A stretch of DNA of 24,000 nt from Burkholderiaceae bacterium (lineage in GTDB: Bacteria; Pseudomonadota; Gammaproteobacteria; Burkholderiales; Burkholderiaceae_D). The translations under genes and the position numbers were made by a program. The notes beneath the pieces were generated by a model. That model saw only the letters and a list, made by a program, of their open reading frames with translations. It made no database searches and was not told the DNA's origin. Location: assembly GCA_019232795.1 (NCBI GenBank), contig JAFANH010000028.1:45991-69990 (forward strand), written 5' to 3'. Of the stretch, positions 8,100 to 15,208 are shown piece after piece. Positions within the stretch are counted from its first letter, which is position 1. Every line of letters begins with the position of its first letter.

Positions 8100-8491
8100 A
8101 ATCGATTCTGGGCTCTCATGTCGGAGGTGATCGGCACCGAGTTGATATCGCTCGATTACGCGTCGCGCCTGCAAACCTTGCTGCAGCATGGTGTCGGGCT
8201 ATGGGACGTGGTCGCAGAAGCGCACCGCGCCGGCAGCCTCGACAGCAACATCCGCAACCGCGACGACAATGACCTGCATGGCTTGCTCGAGCGCTTCCCG
8301 AATATCGCGGTGATCGGGTTCAACGGCGGCACCGCCGCGAAACTCGGCATGAAGATACTCGGCGAGCGCGCCTCACGGTTTCAAATCATCGAACTGCCTT
8401 CGAGCAGTCCCGCCTACACCTTGCCCTACGCGGCCAAGCTGCAGCAATGGCAGCTCTTGCGGCAGGTATTGCCGGCGGCCCGCTAAGAAAC

Positions 8492-9976
8492 TCAACGCTT
8501 GGCAGCGCGACCGCTACCCAACTGGAAAAATCGCAATATGCTGTCCAGCGCGCTGACGGGCTGGTTCGATTCATTATTCGCGCTTGCGCTGCGGTCAAGC
8601 GCATCGGCGTTCAATTTCTGGCGGCTATCGATCATTTCCGCGATGCGCTGCACCAGCGCCGGATTGCGTTCGAAAATCTCGGCCATGGTCGATTTGCGCA
8701 CTTCAAACACTACCGACGGTTCGCGCGCCGTGATATGCGCCGAGCGCGGTGCGCCGGTGAACAGGGACATTTCCCCGAGACAGTCGCCCGGCCACAGGCG
8801 CGCCACGGCAAGCAGTTTGCTTTTCCCTGAACCCTCCGGTGCGTCGATGGCAACGTCGAGACTGCCCTCGGAGACGACGAACATGCTGTCGCCGGGTTCG
8901 CCGGCCGTCAGCAGGCGATGTCCGCCTGAAAAGCGGTGGACACCGATCTCGGAAGCGACCGTGGCAAGGTCGACCGACGAGAGTATCGAAAGGAAGCGCA
9001 CGCTGGCCAGTGTCGCCAGCCGAGCGTCCAAACGGTCCGCGCCAATCCGGTCGGCCGCGGACGGCCGGGAAATCTCCATGCGCCGCATTTGCGTAACGGG
9101 AATGCCGGCCGCCTTGAGGAAATGCAATGCAAAACTGAACACGGTGTGCCTGGCCTTGTTCGGCGCCGTGTTTGCCATATCGATGTAGTACAGCAGGCGA
9201 TAGCTGGCGATGCCTTCCTTGACGGCCGCGATCCGCACGAAGGGCCGCGGCTTGTCAACCACGATACCCTCCGCCACCGAACGCTCGAGCGCATTCTGCA
9301 AGATGGGGACGATACGCGCTTCGTCGTGCTCGGCGCCGATGTCGATAAAGACGTCGTAGCGCGAATGCGACGCCGGTCGCGAGCGGTTGATGACCATCAT
9401 CGAAGCAAATTCGCCGTTCGGGATCAGGATCAGGTTCCTGGAGCGGTCGGCCAAAATGACCGTGCGCCACGTGACGTCAACCAGCTTGCCTGACATGTTG
9501 CGCCCGCGATGATTGAAATCGAGCCATTCACCGGGTTTGATGGATGGATCGATCTGCAAGGCGATCCCAGAAAATACGTCAGCCACCAAGCCGCGCAGTG
9601 CGAAGCCGAGCACCAGGCCGACAATGCCGGACGCGCCCAGAATAGCGCCGAGCGACTGCTCGAACACCAGGTTGATCGTCGCCGCGATCATCACGGCGTA
9701 GGTCGCGAAAGAGGCAATCTGCACAGCCAGCGGCGGAATCCGCGCGCGGCCGCTTACGTCGTTGCGGCTGGCCAGGGCCCACAGCAGGTTGCTGAGCAGG
9801 GAAGCAACCCCGATAAATTGCGCCGCGGGGATAATGTAACCAAGCAAGTTGCCGGCGGCCTTGCGGCCAGGCGCCTGCCAGCCCAGCATGTCGCCCAGCA
9901 CAGCGTATGAAGCCAAGGCCAGCAATGCATTGATTGCAAGGACTACCAAGAAGCGTTTTGGCTCGAATCTGGTCAT
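8492..9976 (-). CDS. Mechanosensitive ion channel (MscS family) with C-terminal cyclic-nucleotide-binding domain
   Basis: N-terminal TM helices, then an MscS pore/beta-domain region (GLVLGFALRGLVADVFSGIALQIDPSIKPGEWL...ILIPNGEF). A C-terminal cNMP-binding fold follows (FVVSEGSLDV...LWPGDCLGEMSLFTGAPRSAHITA). ATG at 9976. Convergent with the glycosylase remnant (stops 5 nt apart). Confidence 0.85.
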   Translation of the reverse strand: MTRFEPKRFLVVLAINALLALASYAVLGDMLGWQAPGRKAAGNLLGYIIPAAQFIGVASLLSNLLWALASRNDVSGRARIPPLAVQIASFATYAVMIAATINLVFEQSLGAILGASGIVGLVLGFALRGLVADVFSGIALQIDPSIKPGEWLDFNHRGRNMSGKLVDVTWRTVILADRSRNLILIPNGEFASMMVINRSRPASHSRYDVFIDIGAEHDEARIVPILQNALERSVAEGIVVDKPRPFVRIAAVKEGIASYRLLYYIDMANTAPNKARHTVFSFALHFLKAAGIPVTQMRRMEISRPSAADRIGADRLDARLATLASVRFLSILSSVDLATVASEIGVHRFSGGHRLLTAGEPGDSMFVVSEGSLDVAIDAPEGSGKSKLLAVARLWPGDCLGEMSLFTGAPRSAHITAREPSVVFEVRKSTMAEIFERNPALVQRIAEMIDSRQKLNADALDRSASANNESNQPVSALDSILRFFQLGSGRAAKR

Positions 9977-10132
9977 AACCGAAAAAAGAACGTCAAAGCG
10001 GGATAGGATAACCGAGGCGGGCGCAAAAACTCAAAAATCACGCCGCGAATCGTGTCCGGATTCGTGTCCGATTTGATACCATCATCGCTTCCCTATCCGG
10101 CCATCTTATCCAGCCATCAGCTCGTTTCATCC

Positions 10133-10960
10133 ATGCTCATCAAACGCAAATCCATCGAAGCCGAAGCGAACCGCAAGGCCGGTCCCGGCAAAAGGACCAC
10201 AATAGACGAATTGCCGGCCAAGCCTGCGCGCAAACCGAAGTTTGCTCCCGTGACCCTGTCCGAACAGGAAGGCGTACGCTTCCTGCATTTCGGCACCGAA
10301 TGGGTGCAAGGCGCCATGCGCATGCGCAAGCCGGACTGGATCGAACTCGAGTACGCGCAGCAAATGATGGCCTGGATGCTGTTCGTCGACCAACCGTCCA
10401 ACATCGTCCAGCTTGGGTTGGGCACCGGCGCCCTGACCAAGTTCTGTTACCGTCAATTCCCGCAAGCGCGCGTGGCGGCCGTGGAACTCAATCCCGCCGT
10501 CATCGCCATCTGCAACAGCATGTTCAAGCTGCCCCCCGAGGACGAACGCCTGGCCGTGCTGGAAATGGATGCTTTCGATTTCGTCACCAATCCCGTCAAT
10601 ACCGGCCGCATCGATGCCCTGCAGGTGGACTTGTACGACGCCACGGCGCGCGGCCCGGTATTGGACACGCCCGAGTTCTACCAGGCCTGTGCGGCCTGCC
10701 TGGCCCCGGGCGGCGTAATGACGGTCAATCTGTTCGGCGATCATCCGAGTTGTGCGCGTAACCTGAAGGCAATGAAATTTGCCTTCGACCGGGTGCTGTG
10801 CCTGCCCGAAGTCCATGACGGCAACGTCGTAGCCCTGGCGTTCAAGCAAGCGCCTGCTCTCGATTTTTCCGCCTTGTATGAACGCGCCGCCGCCATCGTG
10901 CAAACGACCAGGCTGCCGGCCAAGTCCTGGGTAAACGGGCTAAAAGCGGCAGCGAACTAG
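10133..10960 (+). CDS. Spermidine synthase-like (class I SAM-dependent methyltransferase fold) protein
   Basis: VRFLHFGTEWVQGAMR...; GxGxG-type loop VQLGLGTGAL; VELNP and LEMDAF motifs typical of the SpeE-like fold. ATG at 10133 is preferred to the track's GTG at 10052. The substrate cannot be inferred. Confidence 0.75.
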   Translation: MLIKRKSIEAEANRKAGPGKRTTIDELPAKPARKPKFAPVTLSEQEGVRFLHFGTEWVQGAMRMRKPDWIELEYAQQMMAWMLFVDQPSNIVQLGLGTGALTKFCYRQFPQARVAAVELNPAVIAICNSMFKLPPEDERLAVLEMDAFDFVTNPVNTGRIDALQVDLYDATARGPVLDTPEFYQACAACLAPGGVMTVNLFGDHPSCARNLKAMKFAFDRVLCLPEVHDGNVVALAFKQAPALDFSALYERAAAIVQTTRLPAKSWVNGLKAAAN

Positions 10961-10987
10961 GCGCCGCGCCGGATTAAAGGCCGCGAG

Positions 10988-11011
10988 GCCGGGGCAATAG
11001 CCCGGTTTTTA
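10988..11011 (+). terminator. Putative rho-independent terminator after the SpeE-like gene
   Basis: Short GC stem GCCGGG / CCCGGT around loop GCAATAG, followed by TTTTTA (11006-11011). The stem is only about 6 bp, so this call is weak. Confidence 0.4.
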
Positions 11012-11079
11012 TGCATCGCGCCCTTATCAAAACCGCCGCCAACTGTTACGCTTAGAGGAAAACCCCTGCTTCCCCTGCC

Positions 11080-12864
11080 ATGAACAAAGTCGCGCACCGC
11101 ACGCTGGATTTGCAACAGATCTTCACTTGGCTGCTGGCCGACGGCATCGTGGACAAGGCCAACGCCAAGAAACAGTACACGCAGGCGCAGGCCATCTTCA
11201 ATAACGCCACCACGCCCATGCATCCGCTGGTGGCGATGGCGCAATGCAAGCTGCACTCGGCATTTCCGCCGCATCGCATGCTCACGCTGGAATGGCTGAC
11301 CGAATGGATGGCCGGCAAGGTGGAATTGCCGTTCTTCCGCATCGACCCGCTCAAGATCGACTTTGCCAAAGTGGCCGACGTGATGTCGGCCAGTTATGCG
11401 ACGCGTTTCAATATCCTGCCGGTGGACATGACCGCGACCGATCTGGTCGTCGCCACTGCCGACCCGTTCAGCATCGCATGGGAACCGGAAATCGCGCGCT
11501 TGGCGCGGCGCAATATCAAGCTGGTGATCACCAATCCGCTCGACATCGCGCAATACACGGCGCAGTTCTTCTCGCTGGCCAAGTCGATCAAGGACGCGCG
11601 CAAGATGAGCACGGCCGACCTGTCCTTGCGCAACAATTTCGAGCAACTGGTCGAAATGGGCGCGACCAACAAGCAGGTCGACGCCAACGATCAGCACATC
11701 ATCAACATCGTCGACTGGCTATGGCAATACGCCTTCGACCAGCGCGCCTCGGACATCCATCTCGAACCGAAGCGCGACTCCAGCATCATCCGCTTCCGCA
11801 TCGACGGCGTTTTGCATCAGGTGTACCAGGTGCCTGCCGTCGTCATGATAGCCATGACGGCGCGCATCAAGCTGCTGGGGCGCATGGACGTGATCGAAAA
11901 ACGCCGTCCGCAGGATGGCCGCATCAAGACGCGCACGCCGGGCGGCCAGGAAATCGAGTTGCGCCTGTCGACCCTGCCTACCGCATTCGGCGAAAAGCTG
12001 GTGATGCGGATTTTCGATCCCGAGGTGGTCGTCAAAAAATTGCCTGAACTTGGCTTCCCGCCCGACGACGCACAGCGCTGGGATGAATTGACCAAGCGCC
12101 CGCACGGCATCATCCTCGTGACCGGCCCGACCGGCTCCGGCAAAACCACCACGCTCTACACCACGCTGAAAGCACTGGCGACTTCCGAAGTCAACGTCTG
12201 CACGGTGGAAGATCCGATCGAAATGGTAGAGCCCGCGTTCAACCAGATGCAGGTGCAGCACGGGCTGGACCTGTCGTTTGCCGACGGCGTGCGGGCCTTG
12301 ATGCGGCAAGACCCGGACATCATCATGATCGGCGAAATCCGCGACCTGGAAACGGCGGAGATGGCCATCCAGGCCGCACTCACCGGCCACCTGGTGCTGT
12401 CGACGCTGCACACCAACGACGCGCCCTCGGCCGTCATGCGCCTGCTCGAGCTCGGCGTACCCTATTACCTGCTGGAAGCGACCTTGATCGGCATCATGGC
12501 GCAGCGCCTGGTGCGCACGTTATGCTCCACATGCAAAAAGCCGGGCGGCGAAATTGCCAACGACATATGGGAAAGCATGATCGAGGGCCAAGCGGTGGCC
12601 AAGCCGGCCGCGATCTATCAGCCGGTGGGCTGCCATGAGTGCCGGCAAACCGGTTTCCGCGGCCGCACCGGCCTCTATGAACTGCTGACCGTGACACAAA
12701 AGTTCTCGAAACTGATCCAGCCCGAATCGGACATCCACAAACTCAAGCAACAGGCCCTGGCCGACGGCCTGAAACCCTTGCGCGTGGCGGGCGCCTACAA
12801 AGTGATCGAAGGCGCTACCACCGCCGACGAAGTACTGAAAGTGACGGCTGCGCTGACCCAATAG
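11080..12864 (+). CDS. GspE/PilB-family secretion ATPase (type II secretion / type IV pilus assembly ATPase-like), orphan
   Basis: T2SSE N-terminal domain (FFRIDPLKIDFAKVADVMSASYATRFNILPV). Walker A GPTGSGKTTT, Walker B IIMIGEIRD, His box GHLVLSTLHTND, and tetracysteine CSTC...CHEC. 594 aa. Confidence 0.9.
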   Translation: MNKVAHRTLDLQQIFTWLLADGIVDKANAKKQYTQAQAIFNNATTPMHPLVAMAQCKLHSAFPPHRMLTLEWLTEWMAGKVELPFFRIDPLKIDFAKVADVMSASYATRFNILPVDMTATDLVVATADPFSIAWEPEIARLARRNIKLVITNPLDIAQYTAQFFSLAKSIKDARKMSTADLSLRNNFEQLVEMGATNKQVDANDQHIINIVDWLWQYAFDQRASDIHLEPKRDSSIIRFRIDGVLHQVYQVPAVVMIAMTARIKLLGRMDVIEKRRPQDGRIKTRTPGGQEIELRLSTLPTAFGEKLVMRIFDPEVVVKKLPELGFPPDDAQRWDELTKRPHGIILVTGPTGSGKTTTLYTTLKALATSEVNVCTVEDPIEMVEPAFNQMQVQHGLDLSFADGVRALMRQDPDIIMIGEIRDLETAEMAIQAALTGHLVLSTLHTNDAPSAVMRLLELGVPYYLLEATLIGIMAQRLVRTLCSTCKKPGGEIANDIWESMIEGQAVAKPAAIYQPVGCHECRQTGFRGRTGLYELLTVTQKFSKLIQPESDIHKLKQQALADGLKPLRVAGAYKVIEGATTADEVLKVTAALTQ

Positions 12865-12908
12865 CGATAACAATTACGACCACAGTACAAAAATCGATAA
12901 AAGTACGC

Positions 12909-12914
12909 TATAAT
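12909..12914 (+). promoter_or_regulatory. Putative -10 box of the tRNA-Lys promoter
   Basis: Perfect TATAAT 13 nt upstream of the mature tRNA 5' end. It is followed by a GC-rich discriminator (CTCGTCCTCG) and preceded by an A-rich tract (ACAAAAATCGATAAAAG). No convincing -35 was found. Confidence 0.4.
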
Positions 12915-12926
12915 CTCGTCCTCGTT

Positions 12927-13002
12927 GGGTCGTTAGCTCAGCTGGTAGAGCAGCGGACTCTTAATCCGTTGGTCGTAGGTTCGACCCCTACACGGCCTAC
13001 CA
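12927..13002 (+). tRNA. tRNA-Lys (anticodon CUU)
   Basis: 76-nt cloverleaf folded by hand. Acceptor GGGTCGT/ACGGCCT (5 Watson-Crick pairs plus G1.U72 and U4.G69). D arm GCTC-AGCTGGTA-GAGC. Anticodon arm GCGGA-CTCTTAA-TCCGT (CTT). Variable loop TGGTC. T arm GTAGG-TTCGACC-CCTAC. Discriminator A, encoded CCA. Confidence 0.9.
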
Positions 13003-13010
13003 ACAAAATA

Positions 13011-13048
13011 AAAAGGGTTGCATGCAAATGCAGCCCTTTTCCATTTCT
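13011..13048 (+). terminator. Rho-independent terminator after tRNA-Lys
   Basis: 13-bp stem AAAAGGGTTGCAT (13011-23) / ATGCAGCCCTTTT (13028-40) with one G.U and loop GCAA. The T-run continues into CCATTTCTT. Confidence 0.7.
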
Positions 13049-13151
13049 TGCGCGTGTTTCCGGAGCTCTGAATTCACTCGTGCTCCAACGGCCCCAGGAC
13101 GTTCCGATATGGCATGATGATCGCCTCATAAACAGACAAACGAGGCAGGTG

Positions 13152-15200
13152 ATGGGTATGGGTGTGCTTCCGCGGTTCCTCAGGCCTTCGAGACAGGCAC
13201 TCACTCACGCATCCAATTTCCTAGCAAAGCTACTGGCGGCAACTGCCATAGTTTTCCCCTTGCACGCCGTTGCCGACCCCGCCGATTCCGGTGGCTTCGA
13301 CCTGCTTGATTATCACGGCGCTCCCGCCAGCCGTGGCGACCACAGTTTCAACATCTTCTTCGACTCCGGCGCCTGGCATGGCTACAGCCTGCCGCCCGCA
13401 AGCGAAGCTGCCACGGGGTTTGTCGGCCCTTTCATCCACAGCCTCGGCAAGGGACAATGGGAAGGAAGTTATTTCGCCCACCTGGCCTTGCGCGACGCCG
13501 ACAGCATGCGCGAGATCGTTCTTGCTCCCGATGCTTCCGATATTGCGGGCAGCCATGCCGCTCCCGGTTACTTGCGGCGCGTCTTCGCCGGCAATGATCT
13601 GAAAGTCGAGCAGACCCTGTTTTTCCCCGATTCCTGGCACGCCGTGGTCAAGGTCGAGCTGAACGCGGCGAGCGTGCATCGCTTACAGTTTGCCGCCACT
13701 GCGCGGGCCTGGCCATCCGGATTCTCCGGCCCGAAGGCCTTCGGCGACGGCGTCGAACAGCGCTTTTCCGGAACGCGCAGCGTGTTGAGCACGCGCCTGG
13801 TCGCCGCCAACGGAGAAGCGGCAAAACCTGCCGTGGTGTCGGGCAATGAGTACAGCCTTGCGCTCGAACCGGCGCTGACGGTCGGTCCCGGCCGTCCCGC
13901 CGTTGTCTTTATAGAACAGCGCTTCGTCTACGACAGCACGGTCGAACAGCCGCCCGCAGTCGATTACGCCGGCGCCTGGCAGACAAACCGAGCGCGCTGG
14001 GCCGGCTATCTTGCGCCTCTGGCGGCTGCCCGTCTGCAGGGCCTGTCCAGCGACGATGCGCATCGCATTGCGGCCAAGGCCGTCGTCACCTTGATCGGCA
14101 ACTGGCGCGCCGCGCGCGGCGACCTGCATCATGGCGGCGTCATTCCGTCCTACTCGGACCCCAACTACAATGGCTTCTGGGCATGGGATTCGTGGAAACA
14201 TGTCGCCGCTCTGGCGTCTGTTGCGCCCGACCTGGCGCGCGAGCAGATGCTGGCCATGTTCGACTACCAGGCCGCGAACGGCATGGTCCCGGACTGCATT
14301 TTTCTGGACAAATCCGGCAACAATGCGCGCGACAGCAAACCGCCTTTGGCAAGCTGGGCGGCGCTGCGCGTGTTTCAAGCGACCGACGATCGCACTTTCA
14401 TTGCCGCGATCTATGACAAGCTGGTGCGCTACCACCGCTGGTGGGCTGCCGAGCGCGACCACGCTCACGACGGCCTGGCCGAATACGGCGCAACCGACGG
14501 TACGCGGATAGCTGCCGCGTGGGAAAGCGGCATGGACAACGCGGCGCGCTTCGACCACATCGCCATGCTCAGGAACGGGCCAAACGCATGGTCTGCCGAC
14601 CAGCAATCGGTGGACCTCAACGCCTATCTGTACGAAGAGAAGCAAGCCTTGGCGGAACTGGCCGGCGCCCTCGGCAAGGACGACGACCGGCAGCGCTGGC
14701 TGCACGAGGCAGAGGAATTAAAAGCCGTCTTGCAGGCACGCATGTACGATGCCCAGGCCGGCTATTTCTTTGATAGAAAGCTGACCGACGGCTCGCTGGT
14801 CCACATCTTCGGCCCGGAGGGCTGGATTCCGCTATGGGCCGGCGCGGCCAGTGCCGAGCAGGCGCAGCATGTTGCGGCGGTGATGCTCGACCCGCAAAAA
14901 TTTGCAACGAAGCTGCCCTTCCCTTCGCTGGCGGCCGACGATGCGCGCTTCTCGCCTGTCGAAGGCTATTGGCGCGGCTCGGTCTGGATCGATCAAGCCT
15001 ATTTCGCCATCGCGGGTCTGCGGCGCTACGGCTTTGCGCGTGACGCCGATGTCATGGCGCTCAGGCTGGTCACCAACGCCGATGGACTGGCCGCACAAAC
15101 GCCGTTTCATGAAGTGTATGACCCGCTGACCGGCAAGGGCTTGCACGCGCAGAATTTCAGTTGGTCTGCCGCGCATTTCCTCATGTTGTTGCAAGACTGA
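13152..15200 (+). CDS. Secreted (alpha/alpha)6-barrel glycoside hydrolase, GH63 (YgjK-like) / trehalase-like
   Basis: GAGG Shine-Dalgarno 6 nt before the ATG at 13152. Signal peptide ...LLAATAIVFPLHAVA|DP. N-terminal beta-rich region, then motifs GFWAWDSWKH, AAWESGMDNAARFD and GYWRGSVWIDQAYFAIAGLRRYG, as in GH63/GH37 clan enzymes. The track start at 12969 overlaps the tRNA and is spurious. Confidence 0.75.
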   Translation: MGMGVLPRFLRPSRQALTHASNFLAKLLAATAIVFPLHAVADPADSGGFDLLDYHGAPASRGDHSFNIFFDSGAWHGYSLPPASEAATGFVGPFIHSLGKGQWEGSYFAHLALRDADSMREIVLAPDASDIAGSHAAPGYLRRVFAGNDLKVEQTLFFPDSWHAVVKVELNAASVHRLQFAATARAWPSGFSGPKAFGDGVEQRFSGTRSVLSTRLVAANGEAAKPAVVSGNEYSLALEPALTVGPGRPAVVFIEQRFVYDSTVEQPPAVDYAGAWQTNRARWAGYLAPLAAARLQGLSSDDAHRIAAKAVVTLIGNWRAARGDLHHGGVIPSYSDPNYNGFWAWDSWKHVAALASVAPDLAREQMLAMFDYQAANGMVPDCIFLDKSGNNARDSKPPLASWAALRVFQATDDRTFIAAIYDKLVRYHRWWAAERDHAHDGLAEYGATDGTRIAAAWESGMDNAARFDHIAMLRNGPNAWSADQQSVDLNAYLYEEKQALAELAGALGKDDDRQRWLHEAEELKAVLQARMYDAQAGYFFDRKLTDGSLVHIFGPEGWIPLWAGAASAEQAQHVAAVMLDPQKFATKLPFPSLAADDARFSPVEGYWRGSVWIDQAYFAIAGLRRYGFARDADVMALRLVTNADGLAAQTPFHEVYDPLTGKGLHAQNFSWSAAHFLMLLQD

Positions 15201-15208
15201 GGGACGAC

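Larger units (their letters stand above)
7136..8486 (+). pseudogene. DNA-deoxyinosine (hypoxanthine-DNA) glycosylase, UDG superfamily, disrupted by an insertion
   Basis: The N-terminal part 7136-7270 (MKNESQQVRKRCFDPVVDERSRLLVLGSLPGEKSLALQQYYGNRQ) runs into the element and stops at TGA 7289-7291. The C-terminal part 8100-8486 reads NRFWALMSEVIGTELISLDYASRLQTLLQHGVGLWDVVAEAHRAGSLDSNI...FNGGTAAK...ELPSSSPAYT. Joined, they give a colinear 173-aa family member. The track only shows the C-terminal piece from an internal ATG at 8118. Confidence 0.8.

Noticed and set aside
8118-8486. 122-aa ORF as an independent gene
   Set aside because: The frame stays open upstream to 8100 (NRFWAL) and the sequence is the C-terminal two-thirds of a deoxyinosine glycosylase. 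It is a fragment of the disrupted gene, not a stand-alone CDS.
11080-11260. MshEN-type c-di-GMP-binding motif at the GspE-like N-terminus
   Set aside because: Only a loose hydrophobic-heptad resemblance (WLLADGIVDKANAKKQ). The leading RLG and the paired second motif are not evident, so no receptor call is made.
8499-12411. Track ORFs 8499..9188(+), 8936..9493(+), 10127..10903(-), 10957..11697(-), 11244..12047(+) and 11719..12411(-)
   Set aside because: Shadow ORFs overlapping the MscS-cNMP, SpeE-like and GspE genes. No start context or motifs, and low-complexity composition.
12969-13151. N-terminal 61 codons of the 743-aa track ORF
   Set aside because: This extension starts inside the tRNA-Lys gene and runs through its terminator. 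A GAGG-preceded ATG at 13152 followed by a proper signal peptide is the credible start.
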